A stretch of 64,000 nt of DNA from NCBI RefSeq assembly GCF_964355755.1, contig NC_092671.1, forward strand, positions 16,306,001 to 16,370,000. Direction: 5' to 3'. The position numbers were made by a program, and so were the translations under genes. The notes below the pieces were generated by a model. That model ran no database searches. It was given only the letters and a program-made list of their open reading frames with translations, and had not been told where the DNA came from. Position 1 is the first letter of the stretch, and the number at the start of each line of letters is the position of its first letter. Of the stretch, positions 39,767-53,483 are shown piece after piece. Origin of the DNA: Antedon mediterranea. Taxonomy: Eukaryota; Animalia; Echinodermata.

Positions 39767-41628
39767 ACTTTGTATTTGTGTCCACAATTACTCCATCAGT
39801 AGCCCTTCATGTACGCCAATGCAATACAAAAAAACTATAGAAAGACGATAATATTTAACATTTTAATTTAAAATCTGCCGTTTTTTTTTCTGGATATTAC
39901 AAATCAAAATTCCAATAATGTCACTTTTGCAATCGATAAGACAATCAACCAAAAGCATTTTACTTGAATAGATATTTTAGCAATTGGTATGATGATGATG
40001 ATGATATCCAATACTGTATTTATAATTCTTGATTTGAATAACCTAATTTTAAAAACACGTGACAGAAAAAGACAATTCTAAGAAAGTCATGACTATAAAT
40101 ACACAATTAAATATCATTGGAAATATTTACTCAACAATTATCCGTCTTTGTAACTAGGTACCATATAGTATATAGACGGCTTCTATATTCATTTAATGTG
40201 GCCTAGTGGATAGTCGGCTCTCAAGATAGTTGATGTATTTTTTGAGTGTTTTTTCTGGCAATTAATACCAAACGATTGTTTGCTTTTATAGGAAAATCAC
40301 TGGATTAAATACGTGTTGTACTGTAGAAATACAGAGGCGTAGGCTGATATTGTTGGAAATGGCCCTCATAATTTTAAATATGAAGACAAATATAAAGAGA
40401 CTCCAGGACCTCAGCCCACCATGATTGGGGTTATATAAAAGTATAAAACCTTTATGCACGGACTGTACCATTTTTCGGAACAGTTCTTAACACACAATCT
40501 TTAACTTTAAAATTAATATTAGAGTTGGCTGGGCGATTCTGCGAGCCTTGTTAATCTATTTCGAATATAGTGTATAGTGTTTATTCATAAACAAGCAGGT
40601 ATTTTTATGAACTAATCAAGTTCTATAACTCGCTAAAAAACAATGGCGCCAACCACATGATCGTAAATGTACCATTGGTTATACTGTATGCATTGCAATG
40701 TAGACTTTTCGAGTAAATTAAATAGCAAAAATATTGTGAAAAATAATTTGTTTTCAATTTCTATCATAACAATTAGCTATTTAATAAAATTTCGAGACAT
40801 ATCAAATAAACAGTAATATGTCGTAGATATGTAGATATTCTGCTTATTAATAATTTATTGTTTTTTCACTTTTTCCTCAGTCAAAAGAAATAGTTTTGTT
40901 TAATGGTTCTGACGTATACGGACGAAAATACGTTTACTCTAGAGATCGCATAGACTAATCTACGATACTCTTAATTAATGTTCAAATGTTGTGTTTATTA
41001 TAAACGGATTAGTATTACTCTTATTATAATACCGATGAGATTAGACCATACAAGTCCGTATATGTTAATATTATACTTATACGCAGTTGATACTTGGTAA
41101 TTCTCATTTTGAGACCATACGTGGTATTAATCTTACAACACAGTATACCATTAATACGTACAACCACTACCGTATCCAGAAAACAGACGATCACTAGCTC
41201 CTCCACAATTCGTTAGGTATAGCCCAACAAAAATCGCCATCCAATCCATTATTATATAGGCCTAATTGGACCCTCATTATCACACATTATCATGTTGTTA
41301 TAGAGTGTTCCAAGCAACAATGATTAAACCCTTGGCGCGTACCAAATATTATAGAACCAGCAACAGCAACAAGGAATAATGTATTTCTTTTAATACAGTT
41401 TGATTTTTAGAATCAAAATGTGATTTGTATACATATAAAGAAAACGGAAACAAGTATACATGTTATTTTATATGTCAATTAAGAATTATAAGGATAAACC
41501 ATTATGTGTGTATGTAAAATATAAGGAATTATATGAATCAAGGTTAAAATATACTGTGTTGTTAAATGTGTATTTTAAGAAAAAAAAAGAAATATCTATC
41601 TATTCAAAAATTATTCTTATAGTCTGAT

Positions 41629-41982
41629 TTGCAATTTGTATTACAATTTGTGCGCATTCAATCTACGTTAATCTTTCGCCGAATCTGATAAACCATCTCG
41701 TACTATTATAGGCTAGATTATATTAACTTTATTAACAAATAATTAATAAATAAACAAATAAATTATACTGCTAGAAAATAAAAGAAAACATTTTAACCAG
41801 AGGTTGCAATTTTTATTACAATTTATGCGCATTCAATCTGCATTTTGTACAAAATCTTTCACCAATCCGATGAACCATCTCGTAATTTTAAGTTATAACA
41901 TTAGGCCTACTTCCAATAACTAATAATTTATAAATAAACAAATAAATTACAATGATATAATGAAACATTTTAAGCAGAGGTT
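41629..41982. repeat. Diverged tandem duplication, 2 x ~175 bp
   Basis: ttgcaattt.tattacaattt.tgcgcattcaatct...aaccatctcgta...ataaataaacaaataaatta...aaacattttaa.cagagg occurs twice. Confidence 0.85.
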
Positions 41983-42303
41983 AAAAACATATTGTAGTTT
42001 GTTCTATGGACATAATATTATTCTTCTACTTTCAGCGCTTCCAATTAAGCTTACATTTTCTGGAAAACTGTAAATTAACAACCTCGTTTAGAATATCAAC
42101 ACACTTTTATCTATTACATCAGCAACGTATCAGCAAATCTATTTGTAGAATTTAAATTATAATAGCAAATTTGAGATACTTAAACCGATGTGGGTTAAGG
42201 AAAACTTCACTTATATAAGTATTTCATCATGGCCGAGATTTAAAGAAAATTAAATCCGGAAAAAGAGGACAGAACATAACCAAAGAGCCAAAAATATCAG
42301 TAA

Positions 42304-42498
42304 GGGTTCGAGGCCGACTCGCTCCTAGTTCTGGTGACAAGAACTTCTTAGATAAGGACTATAATACACCATAGGTCAAGTAGTTTAAAAGTGTGTGCAC
42401 TTTAAAGAACCAAGTTCATCATTCGAGGCAAGTAGGGGTTACCCCGGTGAGCTGTGGGAGGGGGATTACCTCATCTAATAAATTTAAAATAAATAAAA
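42304..42498 (+). mobile_element. SINE with a Deu-domain-like core
   Basis: B-box-like gggttcgaggcc, then gataaggactataa...aggtc...gtgcactttaaagaacc...attcg...agtaggggttaccccggtg, which resembles the conserved Deu domain of AmnSINE1/SINE3-type elements (recognised from memory), then an A-rich tail. Confidence 0.7.
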
Positions 42499-45426
42499 CA
42501 TGTCCCTTTATCATTATGCATTTTTACTTTCAATTTTGTACAATCTAATTTGGTAACAACTGTTATAAACGATCGTTTGTTGTCTACAATAAGCTTTTTA
42601 AATATGAATTGTATATCAAGTAGACTGTACGATTTATTTTAGGGGGCGGAGTTTAAAAATCGACTCAAAACCCATTGTGAATTCGTTATAGAGGGCTCCC
42701 TATGAGAATATTAATTCACTATCAAGGTTTACTTTGTAAATCAGGCGTTTAATAATATTATACGTAGGCCTATTTGTGAGTTACTCTTTGTCATTTTGGT
42801 ACTGAATAACGTAAAATGTTGTCTTATAATTTCGCTTATTTGACAACGTGGTGGTGGAAAACTTACTGAATGTATTGTAGTATTGTTTTGGAAGAGGCTC
42901 TATTGAACATTTGCTATACCCCCTCTAAATATTACTTCTACCATTATATAGAGGGCAGTATTTTTCTTACAAGTATACAATTTTAAACTAAACGCATACA
43001 TTCTAGAGGGTGTGCTCGCTTGGAGACTTTATCATAATGCTTCGGTTAAACTTTTAGACATATAAAATGATAGCGCTGAATAAATCAGAATAAATAATTA
43101 AGTTGAGTCTATCATCAGCCAAAAACATTGAACTATGCCTGTTCATAGTAAAATATGTACGTATTCTTTATACATTCATATTGATACATTCGGCGCTGGT
43201 ATTGAAATACATTTTCGTAAATACAGCAATAGCAAAACGGAAACGATCAGCAATTTTAAAACAAAATCCTTGTTGATGATCAGGTCAAAATAATTCTAAT
43301 TAACCACTTTTTTATGCAATAAGGTAGTTTTTAGAATTTAGAAGTTGACGGACCAATCACTTCCATAAACAGTGTATATTATCTAAAACAGTTTTCTAAA
43401 TAATCACTTAAACAGGTTAAAAGAAAACAAAATGTAGTTGCTGCAGTTTGGTCCCTACATCGTTTTATAACATTCAAAGCTTTTTGTAGATAGCTCATTT
43501 GGCATCGGCTTACCTCAAAGCCCAAACCAAATACGTAAATGTAAACCTAGCCGGATATCGAACGGAGGCTTGTTCCGTTTGGAAACTAATCCTAGGCCCG
43601 CTAGCTTTGTCCAGCTAAAAATGACTCACAAAAGTAAACACGCTTAATGCAATTTCTCGAAAAGAAATAGTGTATAAATTTGAACATTATTATAAACGTA
43701 TTATGCATTTGTTTGTCTATCACGACAGATGTATAATTTTCTATAATTGTGCGTATGTAATATTTTAGTCGAATTCTATACTTAGCTTATTGTTGTCAAT
43801 TGCAATTCCCCAAAGATGTTTACTTTCAACATCTATCATAATTCTTGTTGTACCTTCGGAAGCGAGGCTTTTAGTATTACTTACATATCTATTGTGCTTT
43901 ACACATGCCAGAAAACGTATTAAATCACCGATTGATTAAACGGTAAACAGGGTTAATAAACGCAAGCATTCTCATATTTAACAATCCATGCCGCCCGCCC
44001 TCATTCAGTTGGTGAAAATATAGTTTTATAATTATGCATTTGTTGGCAACAAACAATCGCATGCGCGTATGTATACTTTATAATTGAATTGAAGAAAAGA
44101 CACAAACCGAACCGAAGTAGGATGAGTGAAAAACCAATTTACTACCGTCATTCTGTAGGCAATGGCGGTATTATACCTCCAGGTGTAGGCATAACATCAA
44201 CATATTAATTGTAATTTTGCATGACCTACTATCTTCGCGAAACGAAACTGTTCTATATTTGTCTATTTACAACACACGAACGACAAAATAAAACGTTTTC
44301 GGTCAGAATCTTTCAAATTTGTAACGCACACAACGAGTTACTTGGTAGAGTCACTTCCGGTTTCGTCGAGTCACTTCCGGTTTTGTTGTTGTTGTTCCGG
44401 ATTCGCGCCCTCTTGTGGCAGCCAAAATAATAACATGACATCATCCAATAATTACTGTACGTACGACGTCGTCCGTAACTTTGTAAAAAATTTCTTTTGA
44501 ATAATAACCACAGTACAATAAATATGTATCAGTATACGATTTTAACCTTTTAAAGATTTGTAATGTTACTGTTTTATATTTTTACACTTTTGTCATTTTC
44601 TAGTCCGTTTAAGTATAGGGCCTATGTATCTTTTAATCGGATCAATTTGCTGACAACCGACATTTCTTTGTTTTTGACGAAGACAAATACAGTTTTGTAT
44701 CTTGTATCTTAAATCAGTTTTAACTGATTTAAAAACTGGACTTAATATGTCGATGTTGCTTCCCGTTCTTCTTCCAACAAAAACGTGTCATAATCATATA
44801 GTAATTATATTATTAATAAAGATTTGTAATTGGTACTTCTACACCAAAGGTGCTCAATAAAAGGGTCATATGCCTTTCTATATAAAAGCTGTGTTAATAT
44901 CTACTTGTACATTTGTTACGTCATAGGAATAATATTTTGTGCGATACCTGCGAATCATTCAGTCAAAATAAGGCAAAATCAAACTCATGTGGTCTTAATA
45001 ATTATTCCAATGAGATATTAACGAGAGTAATACTGTGATCGTTCTCGTTATAAACTGTCTGTTTAACGCAGTTTTATTTTCTGTTTGAAAATGAAGGAAC
45101 GATATTATGACAACTAACGTCATAAACTGCAGGACGAAAAGCATGAAGGAAAGTTATATTGCCAAATTGTATATTTTTATTATCTTGACCAGTTATTTAC
45201 AGACAAATCGGTAATATTCACAGCATGTCACTAGAGATTTGACCACACAATACTGAGTAAGTATCAATTTAAATGAAGAAGAATACGACTAAAAGACCAC
45301 TTATAAGAGTTGTTTATTCAAACCTACAAAATGCTTAAAAAACATTATTATTATTAGTATCATCATTATCAATACTGTGTTTAAATAAAGGTGCCACAGA
45401 AGAGAATAATAACATACGAAATCGCA

Positions 45427-45550
45427 GCTTACCTGTCTACACTATCAATCTTATTTGACAAAAAAAGTGTGATGTGCCCACATATGGTAGTGATATGGTA
45501 AAATATGGTAGTGATGTGACATCATGTCCATATATGGGCACATCACATAT
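45427..45550 (-). mobile_element. MITE family H, truncated copy
   Basis: ctgtctacactatcaa...tttgacaaaaaaagtgtgatgtgccc...atatggtagtgat...gtccatatatgggcacatcacat. Confidence 0.8.
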
Positions 45551-47101
45551 GTGAAAATTACCACGTGCTTATTTAACTTCCCATTAACGATTGTGACACA
45601 TAGGTAATCTAATTACTTTGACACTGATAATAAGCAATTAATGTGTTTAAAATGTATTTCAAAGTGATAGATATGACTTCTTAAAAGACCAGCATTGGAA
45701 TATCAGGCAATCTAACCACATTTGAGAGAAGACACAATTGGTATGTTAATTTTAGTTAAGACAGAGAGTCAATGTATGCACATTTCTATGGGACAATCGG
45801 TTTCTGATCTGAAAAAAACTTATTCACTATCATTTTATTGTAGTCATGGAAACAGTTTGTAGTATACGTTTTATTCCATTTTGTCGATCGTGACTACGAT
45901 TTTCTGAGAATTATATGAGTTTTTAAATTTGGTACTTCCGGTTCATTTAATCAAATCATTTCGAATACTTGACGCTTACTAATACTGCGTCACATTCTTT
46001 GTGTTCCCACCCACCCAATTTCAATGTTTCCGGTACACATCAAAAAATCGATCGTAACACCAGCAACTAATTGGGCTGCATAGATAATCCCCTGAGGCAA
46101 ACGTCTCCAGAGTGTACCTACAAATATCTTCCATTAAAAATGACCTAAGCTGATCGATTTGCTTTCGATTCGAAGTAATTACCAGTGATTGATTGACGAA
46201 AACGACTATTATGGTATCAAAGTAAAAAAAAAGGAAGAATATTTCTGAAGCTTATAATGAACACTGACTAGGAATCTCTATTAACTGTAGCTTCAAAATA
46301 GCTTCAAGGCTCTTAGAGTTTCGATTACTTACTTGCTTTCTTAATAGAATTACATTTTTCTATAAAACGGGATGCATTGAACTGTTTCAATTACTTGTAT
46401 CTTTTGTGTACGGAAGAAGCCATGATAAGATACGAAATTCTATACCTCAAATACTAAAGAGAAATTGTTACCAATTATAGAATAGTATCTAGAAGTCATA
46501 GTGCTTATTATACTTCAAAAATGAAATACGTGCCATAGAATGGTATCAATCACAGGAACACTTTTCCACTGTGACTTTTATAAATCAGCTTGGGGAAGAT
46601 ACACGAAAGCTATATTCAGTGTATGAATCAATCTATCTTTCCCACATACAGTTACCAGGTTGTAAATAAATACACAAGTAAAATCAATTTATACTATTAT
46701 ACGGTCGGACACAGTCAAATCAATTTTGTATGTCCATAGGCTACTAAGAAGACTAGTTTTTGTCTGTATGTCAATGCTGAATAACTCATTTGAATACTTT
46801 CTATTCTCAATATATTATTTGCCAAATTATAGTAAAATTAGATTAAATTAAAAATAAAATGCATACCAGTTATAGTTTTCATCACATTAGTTAGAACAAG
46901 GTGACAGAATTTAAATTAAAACCATTAAATTTGTTGAAAGAGTATTGAGAATATATAATAAGAGCATTTTGACCAACTAGAAACAAATGGAAGATCTGAA
47001 GTAAAGAAAGCATACTACTATTTGGAAAAAACTACACAACAACGAAGTTAAAATTTTAACATTCGTGTTTTTAATCGAAATACAATACATATGACGATAA
47101 C

Positions 47102-47446
47102 ATAATGATTGTTTATGAGTGGAATGGTACAAATAATGGCATGAGATGGATGACGAAAGGTTATTATTTAAACGAGGGGAAGCCAAGTAGAAATAAAACC
47201 TTTCATCATTCACCAAATGCCATTTTGTTTTATATAACATCTAAATAGATTCTTGTCATTTGAATCAGATTTAATAAAATGTAGGCCTAGTTCTACATTT
47301 GATTTGGATCTTTTTTTATAGTAGTATTGAACGACCGTTCAATAGTGCGTACTATTGTATTAACTACCGTATTAAATGACAGGAATTAATTTAGGTGTTA
47401 TATAATAGGTTTTATTTGTACCATTCCACTCATAAACATTCATTAT
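47102..47446. mobile_element. Fully palindromic MITE interrupted by a second MITE
   Basis: Arms tgtttatgagtggaatggtacaaataa and ttatttgtaccattccactcataaaca are exact reverse complements. The centre is cgaggggaagccaag. A related fragment lies at ~12232-12300. Confidence 0.85.
47228..47407 (+). mobile_element. Nested MITE with ~33-bp TIRs
   Basis: ttatataacatctaaatagattcttgtcattt ... aaatgacaggaattaatttaggtgttatataa. Confidence 0.8.
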
Positions 47447-49558
47447 TTATGTAATAGTAAACAACAAAAAAAGAAACTGGATAAAAATCCTCCAGCGTTG
47501 CAATAATACTCATGAAACTAAGTGGAAGTGTATGTAAACATTTCGCAAAAAATTCATACTCAGTTTGTTTCCTTATTAAAATGTAGAAAACTATATCGGT
47601 AAAACACTTAGTTGGTTCCAGCTTGGTTTGATGTCAATTCTTTTCACCAGTGCAATACAAATTAATATCTTGTCTTAAAGACGTGTGTTACATCTTAAGT
47701 GACAAATGTTTCCTGAAATTAGCAACTTATTTCCATCTCTGTATACAATTGCATGACACCCATACATTACAATCGTCATTAAAAACGTCCAATTCTGACG
47801 CTTCTAGATAGTTTACAGTTAAAACCCACTTTATAATTAGGCCTAGCGGAGGATACTTTATGTTATGTCAAAAACAAACTTTATAATAAACTAAATAGAC
47901 TATTCTGAATCAATGGATTCTTTGAAGATAATAGTTTTATGAGACTACGAAGCATATACAACGTATCACTCTTTCTATTTTTACATACTTTAGGAAGAAA
48001 GAAGACATGAATGCTGATTTCATTTGAGTAATGTAAGTTTACCTAATTTAAATCAATCCATTTATCTTCAACTTTTGATCTATGCCTATAACAGCGTCTG
48101 AATGAAGACCTATTGATACACTAAGGGTTTTAACCGAAATATAGTTTAATTTATTTTGTTTTGATATTCTGATTACATCACGTGAAATTGACGCATTTGA
48201 TCAACTTTTGATATATATCACAACATTGATCCTTTCCTAATGCGTCTAATATGCACTTAATATCTATTGCAGGCCACATTTTATAAGTGTGATGACATGG
48301 AAGTGTTCGGGTTCGGGTAAAAATAGGGTTCTAACGCACCGCATGCGTCTTTTCGAGGTAATCACCTAAAACAATGCTTTTTAATAGACTGGTCTAGTTA
48401 TAGCGTGAATCTATATTTAAAGCCAGCCCGCAGTACTCCCTAGGCTGACATACTGATACATTTTAGATTAGTTTAATAAAACATCAATTTGGACAGATGT
48501 GAATAAAATATTTAGAAATAACGTTGATTAATATTGAATGGACTGTTTATTTCTTGTCGTAATTGATAAAGTCCTTACTATAAAATCAATCATTTGTAAT
48601 GGGGAATTGCATTATGTCTTTCTTGAGTTAAACGCCTCTAAAGACAATCTACATTTTTTGGGTAAATTAAAAGCCAATATCCTACACAGTCTGTTGTAAT
48701 ACTACTCTTCTTTAAAATATGACTTTTTATGTTCAAGTATTCAATTTTTAAAACATGAAATTTAATATTATTGTTTTCCTTCCTAATAATACATGGTTAA
48801 AGCAAGTAATGTATCTTAAATTCCATAAGTTAATAATATGAGTTAGTACAATATTGACGAGATTTTGCCTAATATCAATAAGAATTCATGGTAACACGCA
48901 ATCAAATATATTTGATGTTATCTAATGTTCATTTCAAAACATATAACATATAAGAATCTTTGTATTTTGACTTAAGTAGATTCACTAATTCACTTACCTC
49001 TACTGTCTGCCTTTAGATATAATATATTATTGTTTATGGTTCCCATCTTGTGAATTTAAGCTGAAGATAAAGGCGTACAGATTTTATTTCTGCTGCGATA
49101 GGCCTACATTCAAGAACCGTTAACATTGGTGAGTTAAGCTGTTTTCAGTTCTACAAAGCAGAAGACAAACATTTGAGTATAGTTTAAACGATCTCTTCTC
49201 AACATTTTTCTAGAATTCAACACATATTTTTACTGAAAGTTTCCATCTGCGGCTTTTTTAATGTATTAGATTACCGAGATTTTATATTATGTGTTTGAAA
49301 AACCTAATTACTATTGTCTTTTTAGTCAGTCTCTTTATTTTCCCCATGAAAATTATCATATGCATATTATTTGATTCTTTAATTCACTTATGTTCTCCTT
49401 GTAATATATTCTTACTGCAAAGGCCTTGATAGTTAGCCTGTGGCATATACGTATTCTTACTGGCGCAAAAGGTTAGGAATAATTAATCAACAACGTTCTC
49501 GCAGTATAAGTAACAATTATTTTGTCCTAAATTAAGTCTTGGGGATAGATAAAATAAT

Positions 49559-49803
49559 AGGACGCTTTCGATTTTCGAATATAGGACTTATATAAATTAT
49601 GCATCCAAGTCGTCGTTAAAATCGATTTCACCCAAAAGGTTGAAATGCGCATGTTTGTTAGACAGAATCGTCCCCTGGACCTAAAATCTGCGAAATTGGG
49701 TCCGGCGACTTTACGAAAATTGCCAAACCAAGTGGTCAACATTAACATGATGTCATACTGTACGTCATATAGGTTGCATGCCGTCGCAAATCGAAAGCTT
49801 CCT
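49559..49803. mobile_element. MITE with AGG...CCT ends and AAT target duplication (PHIS/Harbinger superfamily-like)
   Basis: aat|aggacgctttcgattttcga ... tcgcaaatcgaaagcttcct|aat. Confidence 0.75.
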
Positions 49804-51639
49804 AATATTGTCATGTGATGTTTAACATTTGGAATGCAAGAAATCAGTGAAATAAATATGTTTGATCGTCAGAACAGGGATCAGAGTGAGCGATATTTTC
49901 AAGAATAACGTTTAATGATCACCATAGGCGGCGCTTTAGGGTCAACACTCCAAGAGTAGTCAAAACCCCCACTATGAATATAGTAGCCATCAAATTGCGT
50001 CATCAAATTGATTGAGTTTGTAAGTTTATAACGATGATCACTAAACATAACATTGAGTACATAATAAATTAAAGGAAAACGAGTAGAGAGGTTTATGGCA
50101 CGGGGTAGAAACGAGTGTCAAAACACTTTGGGTGAATGGTATTACACTTTTAAAAAACCATCATATACTTAACGATCACATACGTTATGATTAGTTATGG
50201 GTTAGACGGTGTTAATTAACCCTCCAGGGAACATACAGATGTTTACATGTACTTCAGTTTTCCTCCGTGAATGACATTAAACCCACAATACCAGAGCACA
50301 TTTCTGAGGATGAATTGATTTGATATCTTCCCATTCGTTTGGGAATGGCGTCTCTCAATTTACATGTACTTCGAGTCGATATAGCAAACACACTAAAAGC
50401 GTGCTTAAATTACAACTCTATAAAATTGTTCAGAATGCATGAGCGATTACGCTGAGATTATCTCCAAGATATACTCTATGTAGTTTACACTTTATGTGTA
50501 AGTCTTGAAAAATATTGAGATTCACCCATGGCACATCGTTATAAAAAATCAGAAAATGTAGAACACATTGTGGGAACAATACAAAAGGACGTTCTTAATG
50601 ATCTATATTATGCTGTGATATAAAAAGTAACTTTTTTTTTAAATCTTTTATGGGTCTCTCCCATCTTTATTCATTCTTTAATGTATATACAAAAATTCAT
50701 TATCATATAATATAATAAAATAATATTATAGAACAAGTTGTTAATATAAGACACCACACAAACAATCTTTTTATAGTACTGTATACAAATATTTCACTTA
50801 CATTAAAATAAAATTTATAATATTACATCTTATCGATAGTGTTTAAAAAAACATACATTTTTTTTTATTTATACAGTTTATCAGGTAAGTAATACGTTTC
50901 ATTATTGTTCTACATAATTGTTGTTTATAGCATTGATAATATGTATTTTCTTATATTTTTTTCATTTATAAAGAGATGATGAAGTGAGGCATAAAAAGTA
51001 ACTTTACAACATAAACATGACTAAAAATTGTGATAATATATTTTACGTTTGTTGCTAAATAGCAACTTTAAGAATATCATGTGGCCATTTTAAAACAGAA
51101 CCAAGAGAAGTCGCTTTGAAATGCTGATATATTATATATGAAATTTTGTGCGTGGCCAATTAATTTTGTAGTTCATTTTTTCAAACTATTTATCTTAAGG
51201 GTATAACGGGGGTTTTACCTACTGTCCTTCACGGCGTGATTCAGGTTTTACCTTTAATTATAATATCGACTTAAGCTATCAATGCACTTGCCCGTTGAAA
51301 TCAAATACCACGCCGGTACATATTATAACATTTTGCCAGTATGGAATGAACCTTAAATTTAAGTTAAAAAGATTATTATTATAAATATTATTACTATACT
51401 ATACATGCTATACTTTTTCTAATATTATAGATTACACTGGAGGAGTGAACTTAAACTCTTCCATTTTCAATATTACGGAGATTTTGAATTGCGACGATCT
51501 AAACCTACGCATTTTATTGATGGTGATGCCTAAATCTACAATCTACAAAAGCCGTGTCGAGGAATCGTGGAAGAAAGCAAGTCATAATGTGCCGCATGCG
51601 CTCAATGAATTACCATGACGTATCTTCATGTTGCGAAAG

Positions 51640-51940
51640 ATAATGAATATTAAATTAACAGATTGAGTAACGCGAAAATATACAAAATAACAAAACAAGA
51701 AAGGAGTAAAAGAATCAAACGAAGAAGATTAAAATGGACACATAATTAGACTACCAGATGATACACCAATTAAACAAACAATGAATGAAACTAAAAAGAA
51801 AGCAAAAAGACCATCAGGAAGCCCAAAAGAAAACTAGACAATCAAATAAAAAAGATTGTAAGGAAAGAATGTAGACAATAATAAACCATCCTGCCAAAAA
51901 CAGAAAAATGGAAAAAAAAAACCCGTGGAAAGCGTATGAA
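51640..51940 (+). pseudogene. Old 3' fragment of an RTE-group LINE ORF
   Basis: Broken translation ...SNAKIYKITKQE..SKRIKRRRLKW/GHIIRLPDDTPIKQTMNETKKKAKRPSGSPKEN* matches the RTE C-terminal pattern RRRLxWxGHxxR...KRPRGRPKxxW (compare RQMRFMGHVLRK...RRSRGRKRVTW in the 8112-9224 ORF). Confidence 0.7.
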
Positions 51941-53166
51941 TGACGGGAAAAGAGAAAGAAGTAATAGTTACATAGGTCATCGCATCGCTTTTTTACAATT
52001 GCTATCCATATTATTGTTACGATAACAATAATATGAATAACTGATAATAATGATAAAAACCAATAACCAGAGAACAACATGTTATGATGTATCCAGTACA
52101 AATTACGTCAGAGTTTGGAAAAACATCTTTCAAAATGAATTATACTCTATGGTACAGTATAGAAAATTACTGAGAAAATGACATGATATAGATCAATGGC
52201 TGGATCTCAAAACGGTAAAATGAAACAGCCAAGAAGAGGAAATAATATAGTGCTGATATAATAGTTAATATAATTGAACGTAAAAAACATTAACTTATTT
52301 AGATATGAACTATTTCAGTGATACAGACACTTACAAATACAAACTATTAATAAAATAATTAATAATAAAATGTGATTTATATTAGAAAGTAATAATGGTT
52401 TTAAGAAACTGAATTAATCATTGAATAAGAGTGCAGTCTGTTCATATTAGCATAGCCGGCCTACAGCTTTCTATAAACATTCTCGTTTAAAGGTCTGGTT
52501 TTATTCAAATGATATTGGTTTGAAAGGTTATCTTTATCCTGGTAAACATTAACAGTGATTGAAATCGATCCTACATTAGTAGTTAATTTAATATGAAACA
52601 TACTTAAACACTTATGTTCAACCTTTGGTAATATAATAACAGATAAACTACTGTGCAATATTTGTATATTGTCATAATGAAATCAAAAGCGTACAAAGAT
52701 GTATTAGAAAACTTCTATTCAAATACGAGAATTGTGGAAATGAAATATCTGTCTAAATGAAATAATTATCTAAGTATCAGGTATCATATAGAAAGTGGCA
52801 TTAAACAATTCCGAACAAGAATTCAAGGCCTGTAATTAGCAATCATATACAAATACATCTATTCAGAAAGCATGGCTTAACAACTATATCAGATATATTT
52901 TATTATACCAACGTCTAACCATTTCCACGGTTTCCATGGTATAAAAAACAATTATTGACTACAAAATAATTTGAATTTAATTTTAAATTATTTAATTTCC
53001 ATGATTGTTGGATGCTTGTATACGAGAGAAAAACATAAATAATTATCTATACTTAATTTACAATTATGATTAAATATTTATACTATAGTATTCAGATTCT
53101 TAAATGTTGTGCAACAAACATGTGTTTTTAAGAATGTTGATTTTTGTTCCATGTTTATTATTGAAC

Positions 53167-53483
53167 GGCTGGATCTTAATAGAGATACAAAATAAAATAA
53201 GCACTGGAAATGACTATGCTGTGGGTATCAGTGGCTGGATCTTAATAGAGATAGAAAATAAAATAAGCACTGAAAAATTGACAATGCTGTGGGTATCAGT
53301 GGCTGGATCTTAATAGAGATAGAAAACAAAATAAGCACTGAAAATGACAATGCTGTGGGTATCAGTGGCTGGATCTCAATAGAGATACAAAATAAAAAAA
53401 GCAAAAAAGCTAAATCAAAATGATAAAGTAAAACAGCCAGAAAAATTAACAGGGCAACACTAGTATAGCCCTTCATCAGTGCA
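53167..53483 (-). mobile_element. Penelope-like terminal-repeat fragment with an internal 66-68-bp tandem repeat (~3.5 copies) and a hammerhead remnant, copy 2
   Basis: gctggatct recurs at 53168, 53234, 53302 and 53368. The minus strand of 53448-53483 reads tgca-CTGATGA-a-gggc-tatactagtgtt-gccc-tgtt. Confidence 0.6.
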
